Assembly (NCBI GenBank): GCA_002104945.1
Contig: MCFH01000004.1
Span: forward strand, 62,001 to 126,000
Source: Piromyces finnis finn
Taxonomy: Eukaryota > Fungi > Neocallimastigomycota
Direction of reading: 5' to 3'
DNA: 64,000 nt
Shown here: positions 62,801 to 64,000 of the stretch, piece by piece
How the letters are laid out: each line of letters begins with the position of its first letter
Numbering within the stretch: position 1 is the first letter of the stretch
Position numbers and translations under genes: made by a program
Notes under the pieces: generated by a model
The model's input: only the letters and a program-made list of their open reading frames with translations
The model's database searches: none
Told to the model about the DNA's origin: nothing

Positions 62801-64000
62801 ATGGTACGTTGTAATAATTAAAGATACAATATTATTATTAGTAGTATTTGCTTTTTCAACACGTTTAATTACAAAATATGGTAAAACTAAATAGAGTTGA
62901 GGTTTATTGGATGAATAAAAACAAAGAAAGGTTTTTGATAAAAAGAATTGACCAGAACTTTTTATAGTACTATTTGTTGAAATACTTAATATAGCAAAAG
63001 ATACACATTTCTTTATTATTGATAATTAAAATCATTTTTTTTTAAGTATTATAGTATAGTGTATAATAAAAATAAAAATACGAATAATTAATATAAGATT
63101 TAATAAAACATTTAATTTATATTAAAATAATTATTTTACAAGATCTTCTTCTTCTGGTAAATTAAATAATCTACGAAATTCAGCGTTTTGACGTTGAGCT
63201 TGTAAATCTTTTACATCAATAGGTTTTTTATCTTTTTCAGAGATTGTATCATTTCGTGTTGAAATGTCATTGTAAGATAGACCTGGTACTTGATCAACTT
63301 TAGAGGTTGATTTTAATAAACGATCCATAGTTCTTTGAGTTAATTCATCCAAAAGTTGATAAGTTTGTTCTCTATGGAATAAATTAGAAAAAACATACTA
63401 TATATATATATAATATAATAAAGCAATCAAATATATTATTCAATAATGTGCAGAAACATTATTAATAAAATGATAAAAAAAAAAAAAAAACGATATTATT
63501 TATTATTTGATCTATTGAATTAATTATAAGAATCTTTATAAGTACCTCTTGTTGATCTTTTGTTACTATACTAATACAATTATTGAAAACACCACTTCTT
63601 GAGGAAATTTTCGAAATCAATTCTATATCTTTTAAAGGGATAGTAATTTTTGTTTCATTACCAAGAATAAATGAATAGAAACATACTATTTATAGGAATT
63701 AAATAAATATTCCATGTAATATACATGAAAAGGAAGAACAGTATGTTAATATAATGTTTATTTATATATTTAGATGTAGGTAAAATTATTATTTTTCCAT
63801 GTTATATTTTATGATGAGTTTACCAAAATTTCTACTAATATACATCCATCCTTGATTAAATATTTGATTATCGTATGAACATGAATAGACTTAATATATA
63901 TAGTATATATGTGCAATGAATATATTATAGAAAAGTAAAGTAATAAAGTGTATATATATATATTTTAGAAATATAGAAAAAAAATATAATATTTAATAAA
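59829..64000 (-). CDS. GYP2: GRAM-TBC-EF-hand Rab GTPase-activating protein (GYP2/MDR1, TBC1D8/9 family); multi-exon, 5' end probably beyond window
   Basis: IGLPNVLRGELW, IEKDLNRSLP, GYCQAMN TBC motifs; EF-hand-like FDKEHRGYLEF and HDTQHKGYLSRED; GRAM-like upstream exons. Confidence 0.9.

Noticed and set aside
692-63352. Many short antisense or alternate-frame ORFs in the track (e.g. 692-886, 10053-10241, 30263-30643, 43648-48515 plus strand, 50822-52226, 60091-61746)
   Set aside because: Shadows of real genes caused by codon bias; no motifs of their own

Overview
Extremely AT-rich eukaryotic DNA with short GT-AG introns. The paired CBM10-type fungal dockerins point to an anaerobic gut fungus (Neocallimastigomycota). 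Core genes: TRP4 (5'-truncated), NADP-GDH, tRNA-Leu(CAA) and a GYP2/MDR1-like Rab-GAP (5'-truncated). Other host genes: an atypical bZIP, a LEA_2-like membrane protein, a large low-complexity protein with probable C-terminal CH-domain exons, and a GPI-type LRR surface protein. The accessory stretch (about 12-33 kb) holds a CBM1-CE4 esterase, a frameshifted GH10-ricin-dockerin xylanase, secreted proteins, and three consecutive intronless bacterial-type genes. These are a secreted ricin/Ig/ComEC-Pce-like metallo-beta-lactamase, a Firmicutes-type TtcA and a nitronate monooxygenase/FabK-family flavoprotein. Mobile DNA: an intact Ty1/copia element with identical LTRs and a 5-bp TSD, whose primer-binding site matches the anticodon arm of tRNA-Lys(CUU), and a LINE whose single long frame is broken only by three in-frame stops. 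Family assignments come from motif recognition by eye; no searches were run.
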